Source: Candidatus Saccharimonadota bacterium
GTDB taxonomy: Bacteria; Patescibacteriota; Gracilibacteria; UBA1369; 2-02-FULL-48-14
Assembly (NCBI GenBank): GCA_041661045.1
Contig: JBAZVE010000001.1
Span: 930,001-962,000, forward strand
Length of the DNA: 32,000 nt
Reading direction: 5' to 3'
The notes beneath the pieces are model-generated. The model did no database searches and was not told the origin of the DNA. It saw nothing but the letters and a program-made list of their open reading frames with translations. The position numbers and the translations under genes were made by a program. Numbering within the stretch: position 1 is the stretch's first letter; every line of letters begins with the position of its first letter. Positions 23,874-31,616 of this stretch are shown here, piece by piece.

Positions 23874-24113
23874 TTATTGGATCAGCTCGCTCAAGAGCTT
23901 TTTCATGGTTTCCGCCTCGTTGCTGCGAGCCGTTTCATCGTCTTCGATTCTTAGCGTGAATGAATCCCCAATCTTTAAGCCCGGAGCTAGAAGCTGCTTT
24001 GGAAAGTGAATCAATTCTGTTTGTGTGCCTTTGTGAAGCTCCAGTATCGCCTGGTCGTTTTCTTCGCCTCTGTAGAAGGCGGTGTATTGAAATTTAAAGG
24101 GGTTCCAGGACAT
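23874..24113 (-). CDS. Small hypothetical protein (orf79), possibly DUF3006-like
   Basis: 79 aa. ...AILELHKGTQTELIHFPKQLLAPGLKIGDSFTLRIEDDETA...MKKLLSEL loosely resembles small DUF3006-type proteins. The assignment is weak. Confidence 0.4.
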   Translation of the reverse strand: MSWNPFKFQYTAFYRGEENDQAILELHKGTQTELIHFPKQLLAPGLKIGDSFTLRIEDDETARSNEAETMKKLLSELIQ

Positions 24114-24116
24114 ATA

Positions 24117-24169
24117 GATGCCGCTTACGCGGCCTTATTGCTTAGCAGGCTGCGGGCCCCGCTTGGCAT
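24117..24169 (-). repeat. Leader-element copy 3 (immediately upstream of orf79) with a GNRA hairpin
   Basis: Minus strand: ATGCCAAGCGGGGCCCGCAGCCTGCTAAGCAATAAGGCCGCGTAAGCGGCATC. Hairpin GCCGC-GTAA-GCGGC lies at 24120-24133. The element ends 3 nt before the orf79 ATG. Confidence 0.65.
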
Positions 24170-24209
24170 AGATTGGTGAAGGTTTCTCACTCTAGCAAAA
24201 TTTGGGCAC

Positions 24210-24244
24210 AAAAAAAGTGCCAACAGGAGTTTTCCCGTTGACAC
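24210..24244 (-). terminator. Rho-independent terminator of hppA
   Basis: Minus-strand RNA GUGUCAACGGGA-AAAC-UCCUGUUGGCAC forms a 12-bp stem, followed by U7. The two non-Watson-Crick positions are G-U on the minus strand but C-A and A-C mismatches on the plus strand. This supports minus-strand function. Confidence 0.8.
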
Positions 24245-24253
24245 TTTTTCTTT

Positions 24254-26311
24254 TTAAAGCAGGGAATTTGCGGCGATCACCGGAGCGATGATGAGCGCAA
24301 TGGTGTTGATCACTTTAATCAAGGCGTTGAGTGCGGGACCGGCGGTGTCTTTGTACGGATCACCCACGGTGTCTCCAACCACAGCGGCCTTGTGTGTTTC
24401 GGATCCTTTTCCACCTCCATTTCCATCTTCCACAAACTTCTTGGCATTGTCCCAAGCTCCTCCGGCATTGCTCATATTAATAGCCATGAGCAGACCGGTC
24501 ACAATCACTCCCGCCAAGAGTCCTCCGAGTGCCAAAGGTCCAAGGATGAATCCCACCAAAATGGGGGCGGAAATGGCGATGAGGCCGGGCAAAATCATTT
24601 CTTTAAGTGCGGCGCGGGTTACGATGTCCACACAGGCTCCGTATTCAGGCTTGGCTTTTCCTTCCATGATTCCTTTGATTTCACGGAATTGACGGCGAAC
24701 TTCTTCCACCACACTGAAGGCTGCTTTTCCAACCGCTTGCATGAGGAAGGCGGAAAAGAGGAAGGGAAGGGCTCCTCCAATGAAGAGACCCACCATCACG
24801 CGGTAGTCGGTGAGGTTGAAAATGAAGTCTTCCGGACTGTTCTTGAGTAACTCTTCTCCGTAGGCCTGAAACAGCACGAGCGCAGCGAGTGCGGCAGAAG
24901 CAATGGCGTATCCTTTGGTCACGGCTTTGGTTGTGTTTCCAACGGCATCCAAGGCATCGGTGTGAACGCGAACTTCTTTAGGTAGATTTGCCATTTCAGC
25001 AATTCCTCCGGCGTTGTCGGTGATGGGCCCATAGGAATCCATGGCGATCACCATACCGGTGGTGGAAAGCATAGCTACGGCTGCAATGGCAATACCGTAG
25101 ATACCGCTATCGAGTGTGGAGGTGTCTCCAAGCCAGTAAGCGGCGAGCATGGCAAGGACGATCAAAACCACCATAGGGAAGGTGGAGAACATTCCTTGTG
25201 CGAGTCCGGTGATCAAGTTTGTTCCGGCTCCGGTTTCAGACGCCTTGGCGATCATTTTTACCGGTGCGTAATCTTTAGAAGTGTAGTACTCGGTGGCCAC
25301 ATTAATAAGGAGGGTGAGAATCAAACCCACAACCCCTGCAAAGAAGATGTTCAGATCATTGAGCATGATGTCTGTGACGAAGTAGAACCCCACCATAGAG
25401 AGGAGGCCGGTCACCAGAGTTCCTCGGTAGAGTGCGCCCATGATGTTCTTTTTTCCTTCTCCCAGACGAACAAAGTAAATTCCAATGATGCTGGCCAAAA
25501 TGGCGACGGCACCGAGGGCAAGAGGATATTCCACTCCGGCGGCTCCCACTTTGGTGGTGAGGGTTGAACCGGCCAAAATCATGGCGGCGATCAAGGTTAC
25601 GGCGTAGGTCTCAAACAGATCTGCTCCCATCCCGGCGCAATCTCCCACATTGTCTCCCACATTGTCGGCAATCACCCCTGGATTTCGAGGATCATCTTCA
25701 GGGATTCCTTTTTCAATTTTTCCCACAAGGTCTGCGCCCACATCGGCTGCTTTGGTGTAAATTCCTCCTCCCACACGGGCAAAGAGTGAAATGAGTGAAG
25801 CTCCAAATCCAAATCCAATCAAAAGTCCGGGGGCTTCATCCACACCGAGTCCAAAATAGGTGGTGAAGAGCCAGTAGAATCCGGAAACGCCCAAGAGGGC
25901 AAGACCCACCACAGCGAGTCCTGTTACGGCACCTCCTCTAAACGCAACCAGCAAAGCGGCACCGAGTCCATCTTTGGCAGCGGCGGCGGTTCGAACATTG
26001 GCGCGAACGGAGACGCCCATTCCAATATAACCGGCCAGTGCGGAGAATATCGCTCCGACCAAGAATCCCATCGCAATCAGGAATCCGTTGTCCGGAAGGC
26101 CAAATCCAAGTGCTAAAAAGACTAAAATGGTGAAAATCGCCAAGGTTTTGTACTGGCGATTGAGGTAGGCCATGGCTCCTTCTCGGATGGATTCGGCGAT
26201 TTCCTGCATCTTGAGGTTCCCGTCATTTTTTGAGAGAACGCTGATGATCAGGCCGATGGCCCATCCTAAGGCTAGCACGCTAGCGGCACTTGCGAGGACT
26301 GGAATACTCAT
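24254..26311 (-). CDS. hppA: Membrane-integral proton-pumping pyrophosphatase, K+-independent type
   Basis: 685 aa and polytopic. [36 protein letters not shown] and the C-terminal [16 protein letters not shown]. The [10 protein letters not shown] motif carries Lys, where K+-dependent enzymes have GNTTAA. Confidence 0.95.
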   Translation of the reverse strand: MSIPVLASAASVLALGWAIGLIISVLSKNDGNLKMQEIAESIREGAMAYLNRQYKTLAIFTILVFLALGFGLPDNGFLIAMGFLVGAIFSALAGYIGMGVSVRANVRTAAAAKDGLGAALLVAFRGGAVTGLAVVGLALLGVSGFYWLFTTYFGLGVDEAPGLLIGFGFGASLISLFARVGGGIYTKAADVGADLVGKIEKGIPEDDPRNPGVIADNVGDNVGDCAGMGADLFETYAVTLIAAMILAGSTLTTKVGAAGVEYPLALGAVAILASIIGIYFVRLGEGKKNIMGALYRGTLVTGLLSMVGFYFVTDIMLNDLNIFFAGVVGLILTLLINVATEYYTSKDYAPVKMIAKASETGAGTNLITGLAQGMFSTFPMVVLIVLAMLAAYWLGDTSTLDSGIYGIAIAAVAMLSTTGMVIAMDSYGPITDNAGGIAEMANLPKEVRVHTDALDAVGNTTKAVTKGYAIASAALAALVLFQAYGEELLKNSPEDFIFNLTDYRVMVGLFIGGALPFLFSAFLMQAVGKAAFSVVEEVRRQFREIKGIMEGKAKPEYGACVDIVTRAALKEMILPGLIAISAPILVGFILGPLALGGLLAGVIVTGLLMAINMSNAGGAWDNAKKFVEDGNGGGKGSETHKAAVVGDTVGDPYKDTAGPALNALIKVINTIALIIAPVIAANSLL

Positions 26312-26354
26312 AAAGAGATAAGTTAAGAATGACTGGCGGAATTTTACACAGTCT

Positions 26355-26363
26355 TGTTATACT
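26355..26363 (+). promoter_or_regulatory. Candidate extended -10 element (TGTTATACT) for the Yip1-like gene
   Basis: TGT + TATACT at 26355-26363, 22 nt before the ATG at 26386. No good -35 element. Confidence 0.35.
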
Positions 26364-26385
26364 TAGTCCAATCTAATTTTCATCT

Positions 26386-26913
26386 ATGGATTTGCAGAAA
26401 TCGCTCAAACAGGCCTGGGACATTTTGCTTTTAAAGGATGTCGCCATGCAAGCGGTGGCAAAGGATTCCTCTGCTTTACCTGTTTCTTTGGGGATTTTTG
26501 CGGGAGCGACGGTGCTTTCAAAATTGGGAACTCTTTTGATCCCTTATTCCACCGGGATGATCGTTTATCGCCCCAGTTTTGTGGATTTCTTGGTGAGCTC
26601 TGTTTTGGGCATCGGAGTTGGGATTGCCATGCTTTTCCTCACCGGCTTGCTTGCGGAACGGCTGTTTCACTCTAAACTCAGCACGGAAGCAACGGTACGA
26701 GTTTTGGGTCATGCTTCTCTCATTACGGCGCTTGGTTTTTATCAGCCTTTAAATATTATTTCCGGGATTTGGTACTTGGTGGTTTTGTGCACGGTTTTAA
26801 CTCGACTTGGAAAATTGCAACCGGGTTCCATCCTCCTTCTTATTATTTTGGATCTTCTGCTTAGTGGAGTTCTTGTTGGGATTTGGTTTGAAATGATGGG
26901 GCCCTCTTTCTGA
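26386..26913 (+). CDS. Polytopic membrane protein, Yip1-domain-like
   Basis: 175 aa with about 5 hydrophobic helices after a short soluble N-terminus (MDLQKSLKQAWDILLLKD). The topology resembles Yip1/DUF1282-type proteins. The family call is tentative. Confidence 0.45.
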   Translation: MDLQKSLKQAWDILLLKDVAMQAVAKDSSALPVSLGIFAGATVLSKLGTLLIPYSTGMIVYRPSFVDFLVSSVLGIGVGIAMLFLTGLLAERLFHSKLSTEATVRVLGHASLITALGFYQPLNIISGIWYLVVLCTVLTRLGKLQPGSILLLIILDLLLSGVLVGIWFEMMGPSF

Positions 26914-26915
26914 TC

Positions 26916-26944
26916 TGTTCATCAGGCTGGTTTTGTGCTATAAT
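26916..26944 (+). promoter_or_regulatory. Extended -10 promoter (TGCTATAAT) placed for a leaderless orf368 transcript
   Basis: TGCTATAAT at 26936-26944 with a weak -35 TGTTCA at 26916-26921. Only 6 nt separate the -10 element from the ATG at 26951. Confidence 0.5.
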
Positions 26945-26950
26945 TGAGCC

Positions 26951-28057
26951 ATGGCTGAAGATTCAAAAGCACCACTTCGTCCCGGAGAAACCGTCTCTGC
27001 TGCACCCGCTGCACCGCCGGAGGAAAAAGTTGAACTTCCCGAAGGACTCACCACTTCTTCTCCTTTAGATAACCTGAGGGAAATGGGTGGACTTGAGGTG
27101 GCCACCATGCCGGAGAGCAATGAACTGCAGGAACGCCGTAGGAAAACGAAAAATCGACTTCAGGAGCTTTCTAATATGGGACCGGATGGGGAAAAGGGAG
27201 AGGACTCCACTTTTGGTGAAGAAGATGAGTCCGGATTCATGGATTTGCTTAAAGAGGCCAATCTTTCCACTCGTCATTTAAAGTTTTGTTGCAGTGGATT
27301 GTTCTTGGTTGGGCTCTTGATCGCCTTGATTTTTGGAGGCCGGGCATTTTGGCAATGGTGGAAGGATCGACCGGAGGATGCCGGTACAGAGGAGGAGGTG
27401 CCGGAGGATACGCCCACCGAACCTGAGGAAGAGAGCGATTTCTTTTTGGATGATTCTCTTTTGAGTGGAATTTTGGTGGGGGAGGAGACCGCGGAAGACG
27501 ATCCGGCCACAGAAGTGGGGGAGAGTCTGGGGGATTCTTTGGCTGGAGGTGGGGATTTGGGTGTTTTCATCCGTGATTTCTCCAGTGTTTATAATGCACT
27601 TCAAGTGGAGGTGAATGGCATGCTCAACCAGAGCACTGACCGTTATGATGCCTTGCAAGAGTATCAAAATGAGCTTGCGGGGCTTCAGGGCACTGCTGAG
27701 CGGAACTTGGAGCGGCTTACGGAGGAGCGAGATGCGCTTGTGGAAGAATTCACCGCTGTGGATGAGGCCAAGGCTGAACAAGAAGATCGCTTTTTCACTG
27801 CTTTGGAGGAATTGAACCCTGCAGGTGCGGAGTCGGCTTTGAATGCTTTTATTGCACATGGGGAGAACTTGGTTTTCTTGCGCGCACAATTCAATGCTCG
27901 GGAAAAGTTGATTTCCTATTACGAACAGGCCCTGGAAGAGCTGGATTTACGGATCCGCGACATCGAGCTCAACGAAGAAGCCTTGGTGAAGGGCGTTCAG
28001 GTTGTGGACATCGAAGGTTCCAATTTGAATCTCATTTTAAGGGAGGACGAATTGTAA
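26951..28057 (+). CDS. Hypothetical single-pass membrane protein (orf368) with acidic linker and coiled-coil C-terminal domain
   Basis: 368 aa with a central TM helix (CCSGLFLVGLLIALIFGG). Flanks are rich in Glu/Asp. The C-terminal ~150 aa are heptad-like (LQEYQNELAGLQGTAERNLERLTEERDALVEEF...). No family recognised. Confidence 0.55.
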   Translation: MAEDSKAPLRPGETVSAAPAAPPEEKVELPEGLTTSSPLDNLREMGGLEVATMPESNELQERRRKTKNRLQELSNMGPDGEKGEDSTFGEEDESGFMDLLKEANLSTRHLKFCCSGLFLVGLLIALIFGGRAFWQWWKDRPEDAGTEEEVPEDTPTEPEEESDFFLDDSLLSGILVGEETAEDDPATEVGESLGDSLAGGGDLGVFIRDFSSVYNALQVEVNGMLNQSTDRYDALQEYQNELAGLQGTAERNLERLTEERDALVEEFTAVDEAKAEQEDRFFTALEELNPAGAESALNAFIAHGENLVFLRAQFNAREKLISYYEQALEELDLRIRDIELNEEALVKGVQVVDIEGSNLNLILREDEL

Positions 28058-28076
28058 GAAAATTTGATTAAGCTTT

Positions 28077-28105
28077 TTGCCTCTTGGAGTTCCCTTTGCT
28101 ATACT
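28077..28105 (+). promoter_or_regulatory. Promoter TTGCCT-17 nt-TATACT (TGC extended -10) placed for a leaderless rel transcript
   Basis: TTGCCT at 28077-28082 and TGCTATACT at 28097-28105. 7 nt separate the -10 element from the ATG at 28113. The track's TTG start at 28077 coincides with the -35 hexamer. Confidence 0.55.
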
Positions 28106-28112
28106 CCACCGT

Positions 28113-30008
28113 ATGATTTACTTAAGTTTAAGAAACGAAGTTTTGAGTCGACGGCCGGATTTGGACATCGCGCTTTTGGATAAGGCTTTTGAATTTGCGG
28201 ATCGGGCGCATGCGGGGCAAAAGCGGTATTCCGGAGAAGATTATATTATTCATCCGGTGGAGGTGGCGAAGATTTTGCTCGATCTGCATCCGGATATGGC
28301 CGCGCTTCAGGCTGCATTGCTGCACGATGTTACCGAGGACACGCCGGTGCCACTTGCGGAGATTGAACAAAATTTTGGTTCAGAAGTGGCGGCCCTTGTG
28401 CAGGGGCTCGAGAAGTTGGCGGTTGTAAAAGTTCCCAGCGGTGATCCGCAGGAAGAGAAATGGAAAAAGATGTTTTTGGCCATGGCGCGAGACATTCGCA
28501 TTGTGTTCATTAAGCTGGCGGATCGTTTGCACAATATGCGCACGCTGCATCATGTGCCGGAACACAAACGGGAGCGCATCGCTCGGGAAACTTTGGGCGT
28601 TCATGCGGCCATTGCGTCTCGTCTGGGTATTTACCAAATAAAAAGTGATCTGGAAGATTTGTGTTTTGAGCACTTGTACCCTGAGGATTATAAAGAATTT
28701 TCGGACCGTTTGGCCACTTATCGAGGGCGGAGTGAGGAGTGCATGGAGTTTGCGACTTCTCAGCTTGAGCAGCTTTTGGTTCGGGAGGGGATTGGTTCCT
28801 TGAGAGTTCAAGGACGGATGAAACACTTGTGGAGCATTTATCAAAAACTCCAAAAAAAATCGGCAAAAGATTTGGGGGAAATTTATGATCTTTTTGCGCT
28901 GCGGGTTATTTTGCCGGATCGCTCGAAGCTTTCACGCGAAGATTTTTCTGAACTTTATTCGGTGCTGGGTCTTTTGCACGGAGAGTTTTTGCCGATGCAA
29001 GATCGTTTTAAGGATTATATCGCGGCCCCCAAAGCCAACGGTTACCGCAGTTTGCACACCACGGTTTTGGGGATGGGTGGAGATTTGTACAGCGAGCCCA
29101 CCGAGATTCAGATTAGGACGGAGGGTATGCATGAAGAAGCGGAAATTGGAATTGCCTCGCATTGGAGTTACAAGCTGGGCAAATCGCTTCTCGAACCTGC
29201 AGCCACCGCGCAGTTGGCTTGGCTCAAAGACCTGGCCTCGGCCTCCCCTCGTTTGGAGTTGGATTTGTACCCCGATAAGATTTTTGTCCTCACTCCAAAA
29301 GATCAGGTGATCGAGCTCCCGGTGGGGTCCAATCCCATTGATTTTGCTTTTGCCGTGCACACGGAAGTGGGCAACAAAATGACCAATGCCAAGGTGAACG
29401 GCCGCATCGTCCCCATCGATTATGAACTCAAAAGTGGGGAAAAGGTGGAAGTGGTGACGCGCAATAATGCAAAACCCAGCCGCTACTGGATTTCTTTGGC
29501 AAAAACTGCTTCCGCCCGAAGTAAAATTAAAAATTGGTTTAATCGTCAAGATAAGGAGGCCAATACCGCTGCGGGTCGAGAAATGCTCAACAAAGAATTG
29601 CATGATCTTGGAAAACCGCTTTTGGATGAGCGGCTCAATCTGCTCAAGGATTATGCCGGCAAACCCCGAAGTTTTGCGGAACGGGAACAGCTTTTGGAAA
29701 ATCTTGGGCTCGGTAATGTGACGGCTTTTCAGTTGCTCAAGACGCTCTTTCCCGGTGAAACCGCTCAGGAAAGGAAACGCGGGGAAATTTTGATTCCGGC
29801 ACAGTACACCGAAGAAGTTTTGGTTACGGATGAGGAAAACCTGCCCGTGGTGCTCAGTGCCTGCTGCAAACCCAGACCGCCTCACGAAATTGTGGGGTAT
29901 GTCACCAAGGGGCAGTTTATTCGAATTCACAAAAAGAATTGTCGAGAGCTGCATGGCTTGGATGAGGCGCGGTTTTTGGACACTAAATGGAAACAGATAA
30001 ACTCTTGA
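28113..30008 (+). CDS. rel: Long RelA/SpoT-homolog (p)ppGpp synthetase/hydrolase, apparently lacking the C-terminal ACT/RRM domain
   Basis: HD hydrolase motifs (HPVEVAKIL...LHDVTEDT; DRLHNMRTL). Synthetase motifs (YDLFALRVI, GYRSLHTTV, EIQIRTEGMHEEAEIGIASHWSYK). TGS domain (IFVLTPKDQVIELPVGSNPIDFAFAVHTEVG...VNGRIVPIDYELKSGEKVEV). Cys-rich ZFD (CCKPRPPHEIVGYVTKGQFIRIHKKNC). The protein ends about 25 aa after the ZFD. Start set at the ATG at 28113. Confidence 0.9.
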   Translation: MIYLSLRNEVLSRRPDLDIALLDKAFEFADRAHAGQKRYSGEDYIIHPVEVAKILLDLHPDMAALQAALLHDVTEDTPVPLAEIEQNFGSEVAALVQGLEKLAVVKVPSGDPQEEKWKKMFLAMARDIRIVFIKLADRLHNMRTLHHVPEHKRERIARETLGVHAAIASRLGIYQIKSDLEDLCFEHLYPEDYKEFSDRLATYRGRSEECMEFATSQLEQLLVREGIGSLRVQGRMKHLWSIYQKLQKKSAKDLGEIYDLFALRVILPDRSKLSREDFSELYSVLGLLHGEFLPMQDRFKDYIAAPKANGYRSLHTTVLGMGGDLYSEPTEIQIRTEGMHEEAEIGIASHWSYKLGKSLLEPAATAQLAWLKDLASASPRLELDLYPDKIFVLTPKDQVIELPVGSNPIDFAFAVHTEVGNKMTNAKVNGRIVPIDYELKSGEKVEVVTRNNAKPSRYWISLAKTASARSKIKNWFNRQDKEANTAAGREMLNKELHDLGKPLLDERLNLLKDYAGKPRSFAEREQLLENLGLGNVTAFQLLKTLFPGETAQERKRGEILIPAQYTEEVLVTDEENLPVVLSACCKPRPPHEIVGYVTKGQFIRIHKKNCRELHGLDEARFLDTKWKQINS

Positions 30009-30702
30009 GGGGCCGATCCAAGTGTAGGCTGAAGAAACTGGGAATCCATTCGCGGAGCAGCTGAGCTTCATCCTTTTGCATCAATATTTTTCTACACTCC
30101 TCGGTGGAGGCGCAACGGAAGAATTCGAAGGCTTTTCGGTATTTGAGGGGGAGAGGTCGGCAGCCTTCGTTTCGGCATGCTGGGCAGGCCAGAGTTCCGG
30201 CACTTTGGTCCCAGTGTGCTTCTGCTTCAATGCTTTGGTGGCAGGCATTGCAGTGTTTGAAACTGGGGAGAAAGCCCAAAAGGTGGGCGAGTTTGATGAG
30301 CGCAATGTCCGGCAAAAAGGCGTGCGGGGCGGTATTTAAGCTTTGCAAAGTCTCCTCCAATAGCGTGTAAATTTGAGGCTCCGGATTTTTTTCTTGAAGT
30401 CCGCGATCTAAAATCTCTAAAAACACACTGAGCCGTAGCACCCCGTCCACGCTTTCTTTGAGGCGCATGAAACTGTTTTTCACTTGAACGCTTTGAAGGT
30501 ACTGATGATGAGTGCTTTTGTAGATACTGCCCTCAATAAGATTCATGGATTCCAAGTGGGCGCGGCGGCGAGAAGCGGGGAGGTTGGCTCCCTTGACCAC
30601 CACCTCCATTCGTTCGCCGGCATCGGTGAGCACGGTGAGCATGAGGTCTTTTTCCCCGTATTCTCGTTTCCGTAAAACAATGGCGCGAAGGTTTTGGATC
30701 AT
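29983..30702 (-). CDS. recO: DNA repair protein RecO
   Basis: 239 aa. N-terminal OB-fold pattern (LRAIVLRKREYGEKDLMLTVLTDAGERMEVVVKGA) and a zinc-finger region (CNACHQ...LACPACR). Its 3' end overlaps the convergent rel gene by 26 nt. Confidence 0.85.
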   Translation of the reverse strand: MIQNLRAIVLRKREYGEKDLMLTVLTDAGERMEVVVKGANLPASRRRAHLESMNLIEGSIYKSTHHQYLQSVQVKNSFMRLKESVDGVLRLSVFLEILDRGLQEKNPEPQIYTLLEETLQSLNTAPHAFLPDIALIKLAHLLGFLPSFKHCNACHQSIEAEAHWDQSAGTLACPACRNEGCRPLPLKYRKAFEFFRCASTEECRKILMQKDEAQLLREWIPSFFSLHLDRPLKSLSVSI

Positions 30703-31616
30703 GAGTTTTGTAAAACGAGACCCCTTTTGAGATAAACTTTTGTGGCGACAAAACTGGAAAGCACCCCTATTCCCATGGAGATCACCAGCTCTGCGGCAAA
30801 GAGCCAGAGCGGACTCCAGTAATTTTGAAAACTCAAGTAGTTGGATAGGGAAGTCCCTTCCAGGAAAAAGACCAATAAAAAGAAACTGAAAAACACCGCC
30901 ACCAGGCTGTAAAAGGCTCCTTCAAACAAGAAGGGGAGTTGAATCATTCCATACTTTGCCCCCACCAATTGCATGATTTGAATCTCAGTTTTGCGTGTAA
31001 AAATACTCAGATGAATGGCGTTCATGATCATGAGCAAGGAGCCGAACAAAAAGGTCACCACCACTCCAATAATGAGTTTTTGGGTGAAGTCGGTGACATT
31101 CAAGAGTCGGGCGGCAATCAATTGGTTTTCTCCCGAGCTTTCGGTCCCTTGTAAGAGGTCTGAATATATGGATTCCTTTAAATAATTGAGCACCATTTCA
31201 TGCTGATTTGGGGTTTCTGTGACGATGCGAAGGCTCGCGGGGAGAGGGTTTTCGATTCCGTAACTGGTGAAGGGATCCGTATCTTTTGGGTAGGTCTCCA
31301 AAAACTTCTCCAAGGCTTCACTGCTGCTGGTGAACTCCACACTTTCCACAACGGGCAAGGCTTCCACCTCTTTCACCAGTTGGTTCATTTCGTACGGAGA
31401 CTGTTCATCGTTCAAGTAAATGATGAGATCGATTTTTTGTGCCAGGTCGTCCAAGGTGGAATGGGTGAGCGCATTCAAAACCATGATCACATTAAAAATG
31501 AACAAAATCAGTCCCATCATCACCGTGGTGGCGACGCTGAGCAAAAGATTTCGCCCCATGTTTTGCATGGAAAGGCGAGCGAGTCGTTTTAGATTGTGAG
31601 CAAGTCTTGGGCGCAT
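30699..31616 (-). CDS. ftsX: Cell-division ABC-transporter permease-like protein FtsX
   Basis: 305 aa. N-terminal LKRLARLSMQNMGRNLLLSVATTVMM, a periplasmic-type loop, then three C-terminal TM helices carrying the MQLVGA motif typical of FtsX. It overlaps recO by 4 nt. Confidence 0.85.
   Translation of the reverse strand: MRPRLAHNLKRLARLSMQNMGRNLLLSVATTVMMGLILFIFNVIMVLNALTHSTLDDLAQKIDLIIYLNDEQSPYEMNQLVKEVEALPVVESVEFTSSSEALEKFLETYPKDTDPFTSYGIENPLPASLRIVTETPNQHEMVLNYLKESIYSDLLQGTESSGENQLIAARLLNVTDFTQKLIIGVVVTFLFGSLLMIMNAIHLSIFTRKTEIQIMQLVGAKYGMIQLPFLFEGAFYSLVAVFFSFFLLVFFLEGTSLSNYLSFQNYWSPLWLFAAELVISMGIGVLSSFVATKVYLKRGLVLQNS

Noticed and set aside
26910-26934. Terminator after the Yip1-like gene (CTGAT-CTGTTC-ATCAG followed by GCTGGTTTT)
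   Set aside because: The stem is 5 bp and AT-rich, the T-run is separated from it, and it overlaps the next gene's promoter. Not convincing. The AACCC-AAC-GGGTT hairpin at 16511-16523 after rseP is similarly weak.
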